DNA of 58,819 nt, counting the filler, from Catajapyx aquilonaris (lineage: Eukaryota), in NCBI GenBank assembly GCA_000934665.2. It is 3 parts of 3 records of this genome, joined end to end, with 100 filler letters (N's around TTAATTAATTAA, not from the genome) between each part and the next. Parts side by side here need not be neighbours in the genome. Positions count along the whole stretch, not along the records: positions 19,705 to 39,214 come from KZ539537.1; 2 more parts are not named here. One strand, given 5' to 3'. Made by a program: the position numbers and the translations under genes. Shown here one piece after another: positions 24,161-36,713 of this stretch; the stretch's first letter is position 1, and every line of letters starts with the position of its first letter. The notes beneath the pieces are model-generated. The model did no database searches, had not been told where the DNA came from, and saw nothing but the letters and a program-made list of their open reading frames with translations.

Positions 24161-24462
24161 CAGCCCCCTGACACAAATACGATATGGTAGTTTAATATAA
24201 AAGGCTCTGCTAGGCGGGGAATTTGGCGCTGGCGTGCCTCCACAGCTGGCTACTGATGCCAGCCACTTGAATCCTAGTCTGCGAACGCCCTTTGAAGAAA
24301 GAACGGTTTGGGTTGGTACTGAACGCGGCCAACCCGAAGCAACCTCCCCACTACGCGGCTGTGGGGTCACACCAGTGCAAAATTCCCCACCTAGCGGAGC
24401 CTTTTATATTAAACAACCTTCAACACAGGGCTAGGCTGGATGTGTCAGGGCCCAGGGGGCTG
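24161..24462. mobile_element. hAT-type MITE containing an inner inverted-repeat element (24186-24418)
   Basis: TIR CAGCCCCCTG / CAGGGGGCTG; 8-bp TSD GTGTAGAA at 24153-24160 and 24463-24470. Inner arms of about 50 bp: GGTAGTTTAATATAAAAGGCTC... / ...GAGCCTTTTATATTAAACAACC. Confidence 0.8.
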
Positions 24463-25335
24463 GTGTAGAACATTGGGTACTGACGTCACTGGCCTTGAAT
24501 TGTTAGCATCATTGTTGAACCTCATTTACTCCTGTGGAATGTCATTCCACAATGGAGTACTGCTGTTCTGTAGTAACCTACTGTAATGAATATGCTTTTG
24601 CTATGTGCTACAGATATGCATAGAAAATCCTGTTCTGGGACCAATCAACAGTTCCATAAACCATAATGGACAAGTTTCCTTTGATCTCAGGGTCTGTATG
24701 CACAGGTTTCATGTGATGCAGCATATGTTTCAGCTAAACCTGACAGTGGCTTATTCTCATTTCTGCAATCAGGTGATTTTTCATCTTATCTGACACCTAT
24801 TTGCATCCAGAAACTGCCAGGCAGGAAAACCCCCCTCTTTCCATCTGGACAATGCAAGTTTGCTATTCCAGTCTGCATCTGTAGACATGTGGCATAATCT
24901 ACAAAATGCAGTGTCCAACAATAGCACCTGCATGCAAATCACACTGGTGATGAGCAGTGCTGCAGTCAAGTCAGTGGGGCATAATACATTCCCCAAAACT
25001 TTCATTTGTCCATCATCATTGTTTACTGGCATCCAATTTATTCACTCATTACCTGCTTGGATGTGTTTTTCGACAATCATACAGTTCTTGCCTGCTGCAT
25101 GCAAGTGATTCACATTCTGCATAGCATATAAAAATTACCCTAGAGGTGTAGGTAAATATTTTTATCATTTATAACACCTAGTTGCTGATGACAGTTTCCC
25201 AATACTTTCCCCTTAGAAAGTGCATGAGCAATGCACTTATCTGCTTAATTATTTTTCATTCCAATGCACAGTAACCAACTTCTAGATCTTCTTACACCTC
25301 AAAATTGTTATAAAATTGCTAAAGCACAAGGATAC

Positions 25336-26353
25336 CTGAGGTTTGTGGCATAGGCTCCCAGTGTAGCTAGAACATCGTCAGTAACATTGGACCAGGCCAG
25401 GTTGATGTTCTCCAGTTGTGGGAAAGAAGGAATCGCTTCCTTCAATGCATTGCGAGGAATCTTTGTGCAGTATGACAAATCCAGCTCTTTCAGATGCTGA
25501 AAAGTATGCGGTAGTGTTAAGACTTCGTGACCACCACCCAGGTGCATCATACTTACTTTACACTTGAAAGCAGCAAGTTCCAGTATGAAGGGAAGATCAG
25601 TGTGTTCTCGTGACAAGTTCAGCTTACTGAGGTGTGACACTATCAGCAGGTGGAGGTGGTGCCGCCTCAGTTTCTTCTGCTGCTTCAAACTCTGGATGAG
25701 TTCCTCCAGCAACACTGATGCTACCAAAGCAACAGATCATTTAGTCCCACATGCGCATGAAGCAAATGAACCCTACACTCAATTCATGAAGCACGTTAGG
25801 GTACCAACTGCACAGATATGAAAATCATAATTTTAAACTACCGTACTGTGGTTTAATAAATCAGTGCCATGCACTGATGGTAAGGCAGCATTTATGAGCT
25901 ACATGTGTCTTGTTCGACACTACAGGAAATTCTGTAACTGCAATGTGCCACATGGGCAAGTGCTAAGTCCCATTTGGATACACACTTTCTATATTTTCCG
26001 TGACTGGCCCAGATGAGTTTGTTTACAGGAATAATTATGGAAAGTACAAAAATTGTTCTGTGGCCTCTTACTCATTTGTCTTCAGTGGAAATCTGCCCAT
26101 TACATAACTCTGGTCTCTGCATTGGATTAGATGCTAGCACATACCAAGATTGTGCATTTTTTAAGTTACCAAGACACGCATTGTACACAGCCCGTCCCAA
26201 CTTACGGACATCCTGAAACGGCCCCAGCACATAGATGAACCTCCCCGCCGGTAGGAAGCTCTCCGCATACTCCCTGCACCAATACTCGATATTCCTAGTA
26301 ACATACTGCAAGGCAACCTCCCTCAAGCTGGTAACCGGCTTGTACTGCGGCAT
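25336..26353 (-). CDS. Leucine-rich-repeat protein with N-terminal BC-box/VHL-box-like motif, first three exons: complement(join(25336..25496,25557..25720,26206..26353)); 3' exons not identified
   Basis: ATG at 26353, canonical GT/AG sites, phases 1, 0, 2. MPQYKPVTSLREVALQYVTRNIEYW...GPFQDVPSVLLEELI..., followed by cysteine-containing-type LRRs (LKELDLSYCTKI, LENINLAWSNVTDDVLATLGAYATNLR). Confidence 0.8.
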
Positions 26354-29300
26354 CTCCACTCAGCACCTGAAGCACTCCAACCTGACTCCAACACACCTGA
26401 AACCGTTCCAAACATTAAATACAGGCCACATTACATCACATTGCACCACCTCAGATAAAAACCTATCTCTAGCCAGACGTCACTATGCATGTACACACAC
26501 TGATGTAATGTGCAGTTCATACAAACTAGTACATACTTCAGGTAAAAAATGTCAGCTGTTTTTTTTCCAGTCAATAGTGTGCCGATACCATCGTCAGCGA
26601 TACCACCGGAAGTAGTTTGTCGATACCACCCGATCGTGTTGTGCACATAATTTAAATGCTCCGATATGACGTCTCCTATCAATCTTCGATTTTTTTTCTC
26701 TCCCCCTCCCTCCCTCCCTCCCTCCCACCCACCGCGCAGCCTCCCACCCACCCCCTCTCTTTTTATATCCCTCTCTCCAGCTCAATGTCGGTGGGGTCCG
26801 AAGCTGGCGGTGGTGGTGCAAAGGCTATAGAAGTAGGCGCGCAGCAGGGTGGGCCGAAATGGTCGTAGGAATGCGCGGCGCACCCGAATCCGCCTGGGAG
26901 GAAAAGACGCGACTCCGGTTGAAGCCAATACCAGAGTGTCGGGTTGGGGGCATGGCGGCTGCTGGGTGGTGGTGGAGGAGGAGGAGGATGGGGGAAGGGT
27001 GCTGCTGGTAAATGGGTGGGTGGGGTGCGGGGTGGACCCCACAGAAAGCATTATACACACCGCCCGCTTTTTACTCTCCTAGTTTTTTTTTTAGCACGCA
27101 AAAACAGAATGGGGGAGTTTAGCACAATTCCCAGCAGAGCACCCGTATAGTTAGGTCGGTAACATTACGGCACCAGTGTGGGTTCCGGACACACAGAGAA
27201 GTCGGTCTTCACTGGGGCAGGTGCTGAGCTGCTGCCGACCACGTGCAACACACACGCCGGCGGGTGGTAGCTTCGCATACATAACCAGCAGTGTCCCATG
27301 TGGTGTCATGTACTCTTGGTATCGCGAGTCCGGGTCCGAGTTGAACCTGAGGACTATACCATCAGCCATCAAGGCGGAGAATGGCTACAGCGACTGCATG
27401 CTGTCTCTGGAATGTGCGGTGCAGAATAAGGTACGGTGCACTCCTTTTTTTTAACGTCCCTCCACAACACAAATATCCTGCGAGAGAGTGGGAGGAGATG
27501 GACAGAGAGAAGGAGGGCAAAGTTTGGAGCGGGTAGCAGCTGGAAATGACGAAGATCGATTACTACCTTCATGGGGGGAAATGGCTACGCCCACTTTGAG
27601 CACGGTGGGAACTTATACCAAGTGATGGCACCGATCATCTCCAGAAGTATCCTGAACAAACGCAACCCACCATACAATATACGATATCCCTTCAAATGTG
27701 AAGAAGGGGAAAAAAAAACACCCCCCCGGATTATTTCCATCGGAAGGTCTCTGTTGGAAAGCAAGCGAGGCTCTGAATTAACATGGCGCCGTCGTGTCCA
27801 AATGACTTGGCTGGCAAAACATTTCTGCTGAGTGCACATTCGGTCGCAGCGAAGCTTAGAGAGAAAAGGAAGGAGAAAACGCAAGAAGCGAGAGAACGAA
27901 GCAGGGTGGGTGGGTGGGTGGATAAAAAAGAAAGAAAAAAAAGTACGGGGCAGGCTACTTCGTCATTTGTCAAACTCAGTTCAAGTCGGATGGGGCTCGC
28001 TGGCGGCGATGCCTGATGAAGATTACGCCTCACTTGGGACTCCCCCACCATCTTCCCACCCCCTACGGCTTTTCCTCTAATGCCAGGGAACGGGCATTGG
28101 GCCAGACTTGGAGCCAGAGAATCAGGCGGCGTCGTTAGCGTCTCTCCCACCCTCACCACATCATCGCTTCCATACCACTTTAATTACAACTGTCTCTTTT
28201 CCTTCGTCTTACATCATTACCTGCGTTCCACCTCGACCCCAGGGTTGTCACTTTCAGCTTCGTACTCCAATTGACGACCAGCACTTGTCAATAACGGACA
28301 TATTGGCTGATGTCTAGGGAGGGTTGACACAACAGTTCTAACTGACACGGGTTCAGAGTTTATTATGGGGGGAAAGTGTATTTTTTTTTGTTGATTTTTC
28401 AGGGATGTCCAGTGCCTAATTGCACTGTAATGTTGAGATGTGTTAATATTAGCTTGGGGCAATTTTTCAGAGCTGCAATTTTGTTATTACTAATTGACTA
28501 AAATCGTGCGTATTGGAATTTGATTTCATGCCTTTAGGCTTGGATTACTTTCCAGTCGATGCGAGATTCGATGAGTGCTGGGTGGGTCAGCTTGTATGTC
28601 AGTCATACTTCATGGTCATCCGGATATTAAGTTCATTCTTTGTAAATAATCACGACCAGCAGTTTAGATTTGCCGTTGGCTATTTGAATAATGTTGATCA
28701 CACGTGTGTTTTACTTCGATATACTGACTGCACAGTCAAGTCAGCTTTCAAAATAAATATCCTACAGACTGTACCCTGATAGATACAATACATCGAAATC
28801 ACTTATTTGTGACTGATCGTTCTGCATGTCAGTTCTGCATGCAGCTTAAGTACGTGTGTAAACCATTTAATTGGTAGTGGTCATTAAATGCATACGTCAG
28901 CATTTTCCTTGGGTAAACACAAATTGAATTATCCGTTGCATTATTTTGCTGCAGGGGATTCCTACAAAAAAAAATACCATTTCGCGCCCATTAACTTGTC
29001 ATATATACCTGAAGAAAGTGTTGAAATGCACGCCTGTACAATAATCCCACCTCTCATTAGCCCATTGCGAAATTTAGGTAGCCATTGACGCAAGAGATGT
29101 TCATCTTCAAGGATGGCACCAAAATCCCATGCTCAAATGTGACACAGCCACATGACACTCGGTCATAACCTGCTAATATATGTGCAAAGTGAGGCTTCTC
29201 CTCCCCAACCCTTCCCTCACTCATATACCCTTCATCTCCCCCTGCGTACACAATGTTTATTCAAAAGTAAGTTGCTGAAGGGAGAGATTGTCAAGGACGT

Positions 29301-30129
29301 GTTTATTGGGCTGTCGGGTGAACTTGTCTTTGGTAATTTATGATGGCGCGGAGAAAAAGCATCTGGTTTAAAGCTTGGTATTGATTTGGGGGGATGGAGT
29401 TTCAGGAAGATGCCAGACACAGGCGAGCATTCCTCCACTTTTTGCTGACTTCTTGAAGAAAGCGAAATCCCGAAACTGACATTGAAAAATCTTGGTGTCC
29501 AAAGTAGCGCTCGGCTCTCTTTTTTTTTTCTTGCCGGTAATCACTTTTATCGGTCCTAATACCCCATTAGGCTCTAATGTGAAAATTGCCATCTCTCACT
29601 TCGACCTGTTTCCAGTCAACACCCACCGTCCTATCCCCACCATCCCCCACCACCACTATAGTTGCCTATTCTGCATTTCCAACCCCGGTCGAAGCCGAGC
29701 GATTATTGCGAATTACATTAGCTTATAATCCATAAGGTCGGAACTGGGAAGCGATTTGCCACGCTTTGCCCTAATTTTGCATGTGATGCCTGTCCGCTGC
29801 CCTGCTCTAATCGCGACAGAAATGGGAGCGCATTTACTATTCATTTTATAGAAATGGTGCCAAAATGCACATGCTGTCCCTATATATATTGGAAGCGAGT
29901 GTTACTGGGAAGGGAGGACTTCATGTTACTGATTCTGTGTATTGGGAATATGTAATGCTTATTCTTAATTGGCTCTTTGCGGAACAGAGGTTGCCTGGTA
30001 TGGTAAGGACTATTTAGGTTGCATAATCACTGTGATGAATGTTTACTCTATAATTGGACGGGGCATTCAACCCAATGCTCTTGTTTTAGAGATTATAATG
30101 ATGGGTGAGGACTAATGATGCCATAAAAA

Positions 30130-30356
30130 TTATTATTGAGAACTTTCTTATGCTGCTTACGCCTTTCGAGCTTCGAACTTCGATAACCATGTTTCTTATG
30201 TTGCTTTTGTACTGAAATATACGGCGTATCTTATTAATGCGTGTAGTTTTGGGTGAGGCTTACCCAAAACCCCGTACAAAAGCAACATAAGAAACATGGT
30301 TATCGAAGTTCGAAGCTTGAAAGGCGTAAGCAGCATAAGAAAGTTCTCAATAATAA
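30130..30356. repeat. Inverted repeat with 83-bp arms (30130-30212, 30274-30356), one mismatch, 61-bp spacer
   Basis: Arms aligned by eye: TTATTATTGAGAAC...CTTTTGTAC versus GTACAAAAG...GTTCTCAATAATAA. Confidence 0.9.
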
Positions 30357-30385
30357 AATAAGAAAATATTACATATACCCTATCA

Positions 30386-30483
30386 TAAGAAAATATTACA
30401 TATAGCCTATCAATTATTCCAGAAGGAGTCAAACGTTTGACTCCTTCTGGAATAATTGATAGGCTATATGTAATATTTTCTTA
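30386..30483. repeat. Perfect 98-bp palindrome with no spacer
   Basis: 49-bp arms centred on AAAC|GTTT (30434/30435), checked base by base. Confidence 0.92.
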
Positions 30484-32610
30484 ACGTTACAACATTGCAG
30501 TGAAAAGGGGGGTTTCGGATCATTCAGTATTAACAGCATGGTGGACAACATGTGTGACTGTTTATTTAAAATAACTTATTTTGAAATTTACTCGGAGTCC
30601 GCAATTTGTACGACGAAATATTTTTTATTTGCTATACAGAGATAGATATTAATAGACTATAATCTATATGGTTAACAGGTTATATATTTGATAACCGCAT
30701 AAATTGTTATATTGAAATGGAATATGTCATGTGCTACAGCACTTATTGTTGAGAAATGGTGTGTAACTGCGCCAGTTATCCTTAATCATTGAAACAATAC
30801 CGCACCGCCAGCACAATGCGCTAATTACTACCTGCATGAGTATGCTGGTGATCATTTTCCCTGGCTCCCATCAGCAAGCCCGCATGACTTTCCCGATTGT
30901 ATTTTAACACAGAATCATATACGGAGATAAGACTATTTACGACGCACAATGTGCTACATGGACTTGCCACATAACGTCCTGAAGTTGTATGTAACATAAA
31001 TTAGAACACGCATGTGTTGCAAAATATGTCGCTGATGTAGATACTGATTAAGAAAAAAAATACTTAATCGTTGTGGAACGTATTGAGCTCAAGTACGTAT
31101 ACTTGAATGCGGGTTTCAAGAATTTGACTAATTTTTGAGGATTCCATTTAGCCTGTATGAATCATAGCTTACTACTGCCAACCCGGTCTTAACTACAATT
31201 AAAAATATTAATGCGCATGCGATAGCTTGGGGGTGATTCACACATACGGCTGATGAGTTGTCACGTCCAAAGGCTATATGAAAATGGGATGCGTCATTTT
31301 GTCTATTTGGAGCAATCAGGAAGACTTCTCCGTCAGCTGTCATTTTAGTACATTTAATAAATGTGGTGCAACTCTTGATAAATCCTTTAAATAGTTTCCA
31401 TTTATAATAAGTTCATTGCACTGACGATAAATCAGTTAAATAGATAACACAGCACGAAGAATTCTGATAAAATATTATACCCTTATTACAAGGAGAAATT
31501 AAATTGCGTATATGCTCGATAGTTTTTGCACAATGAGTCAACACATGCACAGTATATATCTGCCATAAAACAACCAACAAGAATGTATATCTGCGCTCGC
31601 GTAGGAATTCAGAATATATTACTCTGACCAAGAGAATCTATATAATATAATAATGCCGTGATGAAGTTGTGCAAACCGGTCCTGTTACGCAATAGGTGAC
31701 CTTATATTTTTTTTGAAAGCCTGTATTGTTGTCCTTCAGCACTAAACATTATTTGCGACTTAATATTCAAATACTAGGGATTTACACGAACGTGTCGCGT
31801 GACTAGATTGCTGCCGCACAGGGTCTGTGTTCATCTGAATGTTCCCAGGTAAAGTCGCACAGGTTTGCCACTGTCACTAATCACAGCTTAGACAGAATTT
31901 AAAGTAATTTGCGAAAATTAGCCAAGTGTCACTAACCAAGGGAAAGTTGACTGAACGGTCATTCGTGTATTTTTGTAGGTTAGTCCTCAAAATACATCCT
32001 AGCCTTTGATTACACGGAGAGCCAAAAAGGGTTGGTACCGGTCTGCCCTTGGGTCTGCCAATGGTGTATATTTTTTGAGGGAGAACGTCCCATGGAAGTG
32101 CTCCCGAAATGCACGACTAAGGGGAAAGTGTGTATATATCCTACGAGAAGGAAGGTCGAGGAGAACAAGTTCTGAGTGGATCAAATATTCCCCCGCGAAG
32201 TAAGCTTTACACCACCAGCAGCAGGCTCAAGTTTCGTAAACGTGTGGCACTGAAAGGTGAAAATAAGGAAAGGTGCGTTTCGTCACCATCCTACCTAATT
32301 CGCGCCGTATGGAGGCTGGGAACAACTGGCCAGTTGTGAACTGACTCCGCCTCGATTGGATGGCGATTCTTCATAGGCAAGTATAAGTGCATGTTATTTA
32401 CCAGTACCTTCTTAGATGTGATATTGCACTGATTTTGCTAATTACCTGTCGATGTAAGTTACATTTGAAAAAATATGGTGCTTCCAAATATTTGCTGAAT
32501 TTTAGTAATGTAAGAATTAATTTATTTGCTGATTTAATTTATTTATTTATTAGCAAATAATATCAAATATAATTGTGCGCCGCTATAAACAGCTCTTATT
32601 TGTAGATCTG

Positions 32611-35324
32611 ATGAAAGTTGGGGCTCCCACGATGTTGACATTCATCCTGACATTCGTGATTAACATACTGTTGTGGTGCATAATTCTTCCGCCGGCTGTT
32701 CTGGTGTGTTTGCCATTTTATACCTTCTCGCGTCTGGTAGTGTTGTGCAGGTATGGCAGAAGCAAGACGAAATTGGGGGGTCTGGAAGCGGGCTTTACCT
32801 GCGAAGATCCCGAGAGCAGGTGCTCGATCCATACTTTCCTGGTGCTGAATGGAAGATACAAGCCGGATTTTGTTCGCGAGTATGACAGAAAGATAATGGC
32901 TATCGTGAAAGGAATGCCCGATTTTCCGTTCATGTCATACCCTGAGCGGCTGTACAACTATTACTACTGGAAAAGGGAGGAGGACTTCAGCTTCAGCAAG
33001 CACACTGCCATTCCTAAAGGTGTAGACCAGGACAAGGTTTACTCTCAAAGTCAGGTGTCGGCCATGTTCGACCAATTCAACCAGGCCTTTCAGAAGGGCA
33101 GGTCCATGTGGTGGATTGATGTCATACCGCGGTTCGCCTTTGACCACGAAGTGAATGACCCCGAGGCTGCGGACAAGTACTGCTACATAATCCACGTGCA
33201 CCACAACATCTGTGATGGGGTGGCTCTAGTCAAGTTCCTGCTCAAGTTCTTTGGGGACGATGTCACTGACTACGACCCGATCCCGAAGATGAAGGTGGCT
33301 AGGTGGAAGTGGTATTGTTTGCACGCAGCTGCCATCATCAGCATCCCTTGTATGACCGTGCCTAAGATTCTCAGGAGGATCAGGAACCACAAAAGGCTTC
33401 CCCGGCTCAATGGGAAAAAGATCCTTTGCTGGGCCAGACCTTGCAGTATCAATCTGGTAAGTAGGGATCACTTCCCTTGTGCTAGATACATTTTAAATTC
33501 GTTGGGTAAGTAACAGTTCAACCTAGACCCTGATCCAAATTCGTGTGAAGCCCTGAAGAAATGCAGAACGATAGTCAAGACCATCACGTCAAGTACAAAT
33601 GTGTATAAATGTGGAAAAAGGATAGATACAAACCTCATATCAAGAAAGAATTCATGTGTGATATTTTATGCACTTGTTTTTTACGTGTTAATACGTACGT
33701 GTGAGAAAATCATAATTATGCCGCTGTAACTTACCGGTGAAATATTCAATAAGTAAGCATGAAATCTCCTAGACTGTAACGTCCAAATTTTAAGGTGTTT
33801 CGGAATAGTTTTATTGCCTGTAGCTTCACCTGCAGTAATTACCACAGGAATAGGCTCCCGCTCATTATTTTTCAACCGGTATTTCATCGTCGGCAAAACA
33901 AGGCCAAGGATTCCTCCTATTATTTTAATTTGGAATTACACATAGCGACCTGGGGATATTTCGGAAATCGCCGGATGTCGCATGGTAACAGGTTGCCCTT
34001 GTTTTTTAACACTGGCTCAGGGGTCGGATTCTGAGTCCATTGTTCAACAAACTCTAGTATACCTTATGTCATCTTACAGTTTCACTTTTACTTGCCTTTT
34101 TTTTGCTAACGTCAGTAATTTTCTATTTAAATGTTTGCTGGTTGACATATGATTAATTTCACCTTGACTGAAATACGTAGTATTATAGATTACTTTTACA
34201 CAGATACATGAAATAATTTCTCTCGTATAACGTATTTGGCTCATCATATTAAGAATGTCACAAACAGGTTATAGTATAAGAAAAAAAAGCAAGATTACTA
34301 CATTGGAAGACTGTTACGTAACATTTTGTGTGCTCAAAATCGCAATATAGCAGAGCATTATTTTATAGCCATTAATCCAGATCATTTCATGCCATAAATG
34401 ATACTACAAAAAATGCACTGATTGGTGGCTTTTCAGAAAAGTGAATTATAGCATACTCAGTTTCTTCAAAATTTTCTATCATTCAAAAGAGGCTTATAAA
34501 TAAAATGTCGAAGTGGTGCCTTACTTTTTGATTGTAATAATATTGCAATATTAAATGTGGAATTCAAATCGTAGGGGCCTACTAGAACTACTATTCATTC
34601 GTGGAAAAAAAGTTGGGAGACGATTTGTCGGTCAGCTTTGTTCTCAGCAGTTCAGTATTGCATTTTTTCCCCCGGCGACCCAAGGTACAGGCCGGCAAAC
34701 CGGTTTTTGGGCAGCGAAATACTACTTTGACAATCCAGAGTTGCAGCCATCAGGCTCGGTTCGTTTCACTAGTCCAACAACCTGTTACGTAACTTTTAAC
34801 ATCTGTTGGAGGGTTTTGCCATAGGAGTTGAAGTGTTCCAATTGCTCTAAGGAACTTCCTTATCTACATGTATAAATAAAACTATCTTAGATCTATTTGA
34901 ACTGTGATGGACATACTGTACCTGCACGCTGTGATGTAACATGCAACGTCGCGTCGGATAAAATAATACTACATACTCATGCTTATTGCGCTGGACCTCT
35001 ATTGTGCTGAGTACAAGTCAGTGTAGAAATGGTTCACTTGAGAGGCTGACATGTGAATGGTAAAATCACACCGAAATTTTACTAACACGCTGAAAATGAA
35101 AAATTCAGAATCTATCATCATCATCATCATTATTATTATTATTATATGAATGATGAAAGTCGCCTATTAATGTGTTACGTTTTTTGTCTAATTGGAATTT
35201 TCTATTACAGAGTGCTCCTCTATGGAAATATTTGGATGTGATTATGTAATAATTAATATATTATTGTTATTATTATAGAATCACATCCAAACATTTCCCT
35301 AGGAAAGAAATACAAATATGGAGC

Positions 35325-35403
<79 letters not shown>

Positions 35404-36713
35404 TGCGGGACAGTAGCTTTTAATTGGTCTTATTGTACCAACCAGTGATGGTGCTAACTCAATTAGACTCTTTTTCTTTGCCCTGGCTCTTACTTCACTG
35501 GTGTCAGAGAACAATGGCAATAATTGGAGCAGTAGCAGGTAGGACCGCACAAGTAGTCGTAAATCGTGTTGAAAAATATTAATAACAAAGACGAAAACGA
35601 AAGTTGGTCCCGTGCTCTGCTGGTCAAACTCAATCGCCTGCTGTAGGTTTAAAGTCGGTGGTTTTTCTGCCTGCATGCCTCTGTACCCAAAACTCATTTT
35701 CACGGAGCGTTAGCAAGCAAAGCGAATTGTTGCAGGTGCGCTTCATCAAGAAAAAGGCCGAGTGCTCCTTCTCCGAGGTGATCCTGTCGTCTGTGGGCGC
35801 CTCCTTGCACCAGCACTTTCGCAACAGATTGCATTCTTCTTCAGCCATCCGGAGCGCTGTAGCCTTGGCTTTCCCCCCGTCCAAGGAGGGCCTCGTTTGC
35901 AACAACTTCTCCCTGGTGGACATTCCGGTGGCCAATTTCGACCAGACACCCTTGGAGCGGCTGGAAGGGACAGTGGACAGCATCCGGAAGGTCCGGAGGT
36001 CCATCCATCCATTGGCCTACTACTGGAGGGAGAGGTTCCTGGGGTTGTTCCTGCCCATGTGGCTGCTCAGCCCGGTCAGCAGGATGTTCGACTCCGCGGC
36101 GTTGGTCAGCTACCTTCCGGGCCCAAAGATGGACCTGCCTTACCATGGTGGAGACCTGATTGACTCGGCGCATTTCACCACGTTTCATCGCGACAGGACA
36201 GGTATGAGTCGCGTTGGGAGAGGACGAAACCTGACCCCTTGTCTGCGCATGCGTCGTCAGATCTAGGGTTGGTATTTTAACAGATGGGCGCATGCGCAGA
36301 CCCCCTACACCCCACGTCAGAGTTGTCACACTGGGATCAACCCCCTACAACAATGACTGAACAATCCTTATGCCCGATTTCTCCATGAAGAGCTAACTGC
36401 AGTTCAGCAAGTTTGTTGATATGAAGAATGGAACTTACAGTTAGCTCTTAATGGTCAGTTTAAAGGTTGGAGAATCATATGAACTCTGGGAAATTAGTGG
36501 TTTTCATGAAATGCTTTGTTGTTGACAGGTATATCGGTGTCGATAATCACTTGCAACCAGAAGGTGTGGGCTGGATTTCTGGTCGACGAAGCACTAGTTA
36601 GCGGCAAAGAAGAAGTGCAGAGGATGGCCGCGGCTTTCAGAAACAATTTGCTGGAACTGGGCAAAGATTTGGATTACGACAACATTTACTTGGAGGACAA
36701 GCTGTTTCAGTGA
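32611..36713 (+). CDS. WS/DGAT-family (wax ester synthase / diacylglycerol O-acyltransferase) protein, 498 aa: join(32611..33456,35736..36201,36529..36713)
   Basis: Three exons with canonical splice sites (phases 0 and 1), 1497 nt. N-terminal hydrophobic segment, catalytic HHNICDG (33199-33219), family-typical W/Y-W and hydrophobic strands, and C-terminal SYLPGP (variant of SNVPGP) followed by G-ISVSIITCN. An acceptor at 32605/32606 means an upstream exon could alter the start. Confidence 0.85.
35325..35402. repeat. (AAT)n microsatellite in WS/DGAT intron 1
   Basis: About 26 uninterrupted AAT units. Confidence 0.95.

Noticed and set aside
35299..35703. Poly-Tyr ORF, and the poly-Arg/Gln/Asn ORF at 57187-57447
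   Set aside because: Translations of microsatellites.
32611..36713. Bacterial contamination as the source of the WS/DGAT gene
   Set aside because: It has two spliceosomal introns, an intronic microsatellite, and shares a segment with host repeats and another intron-containing gene.
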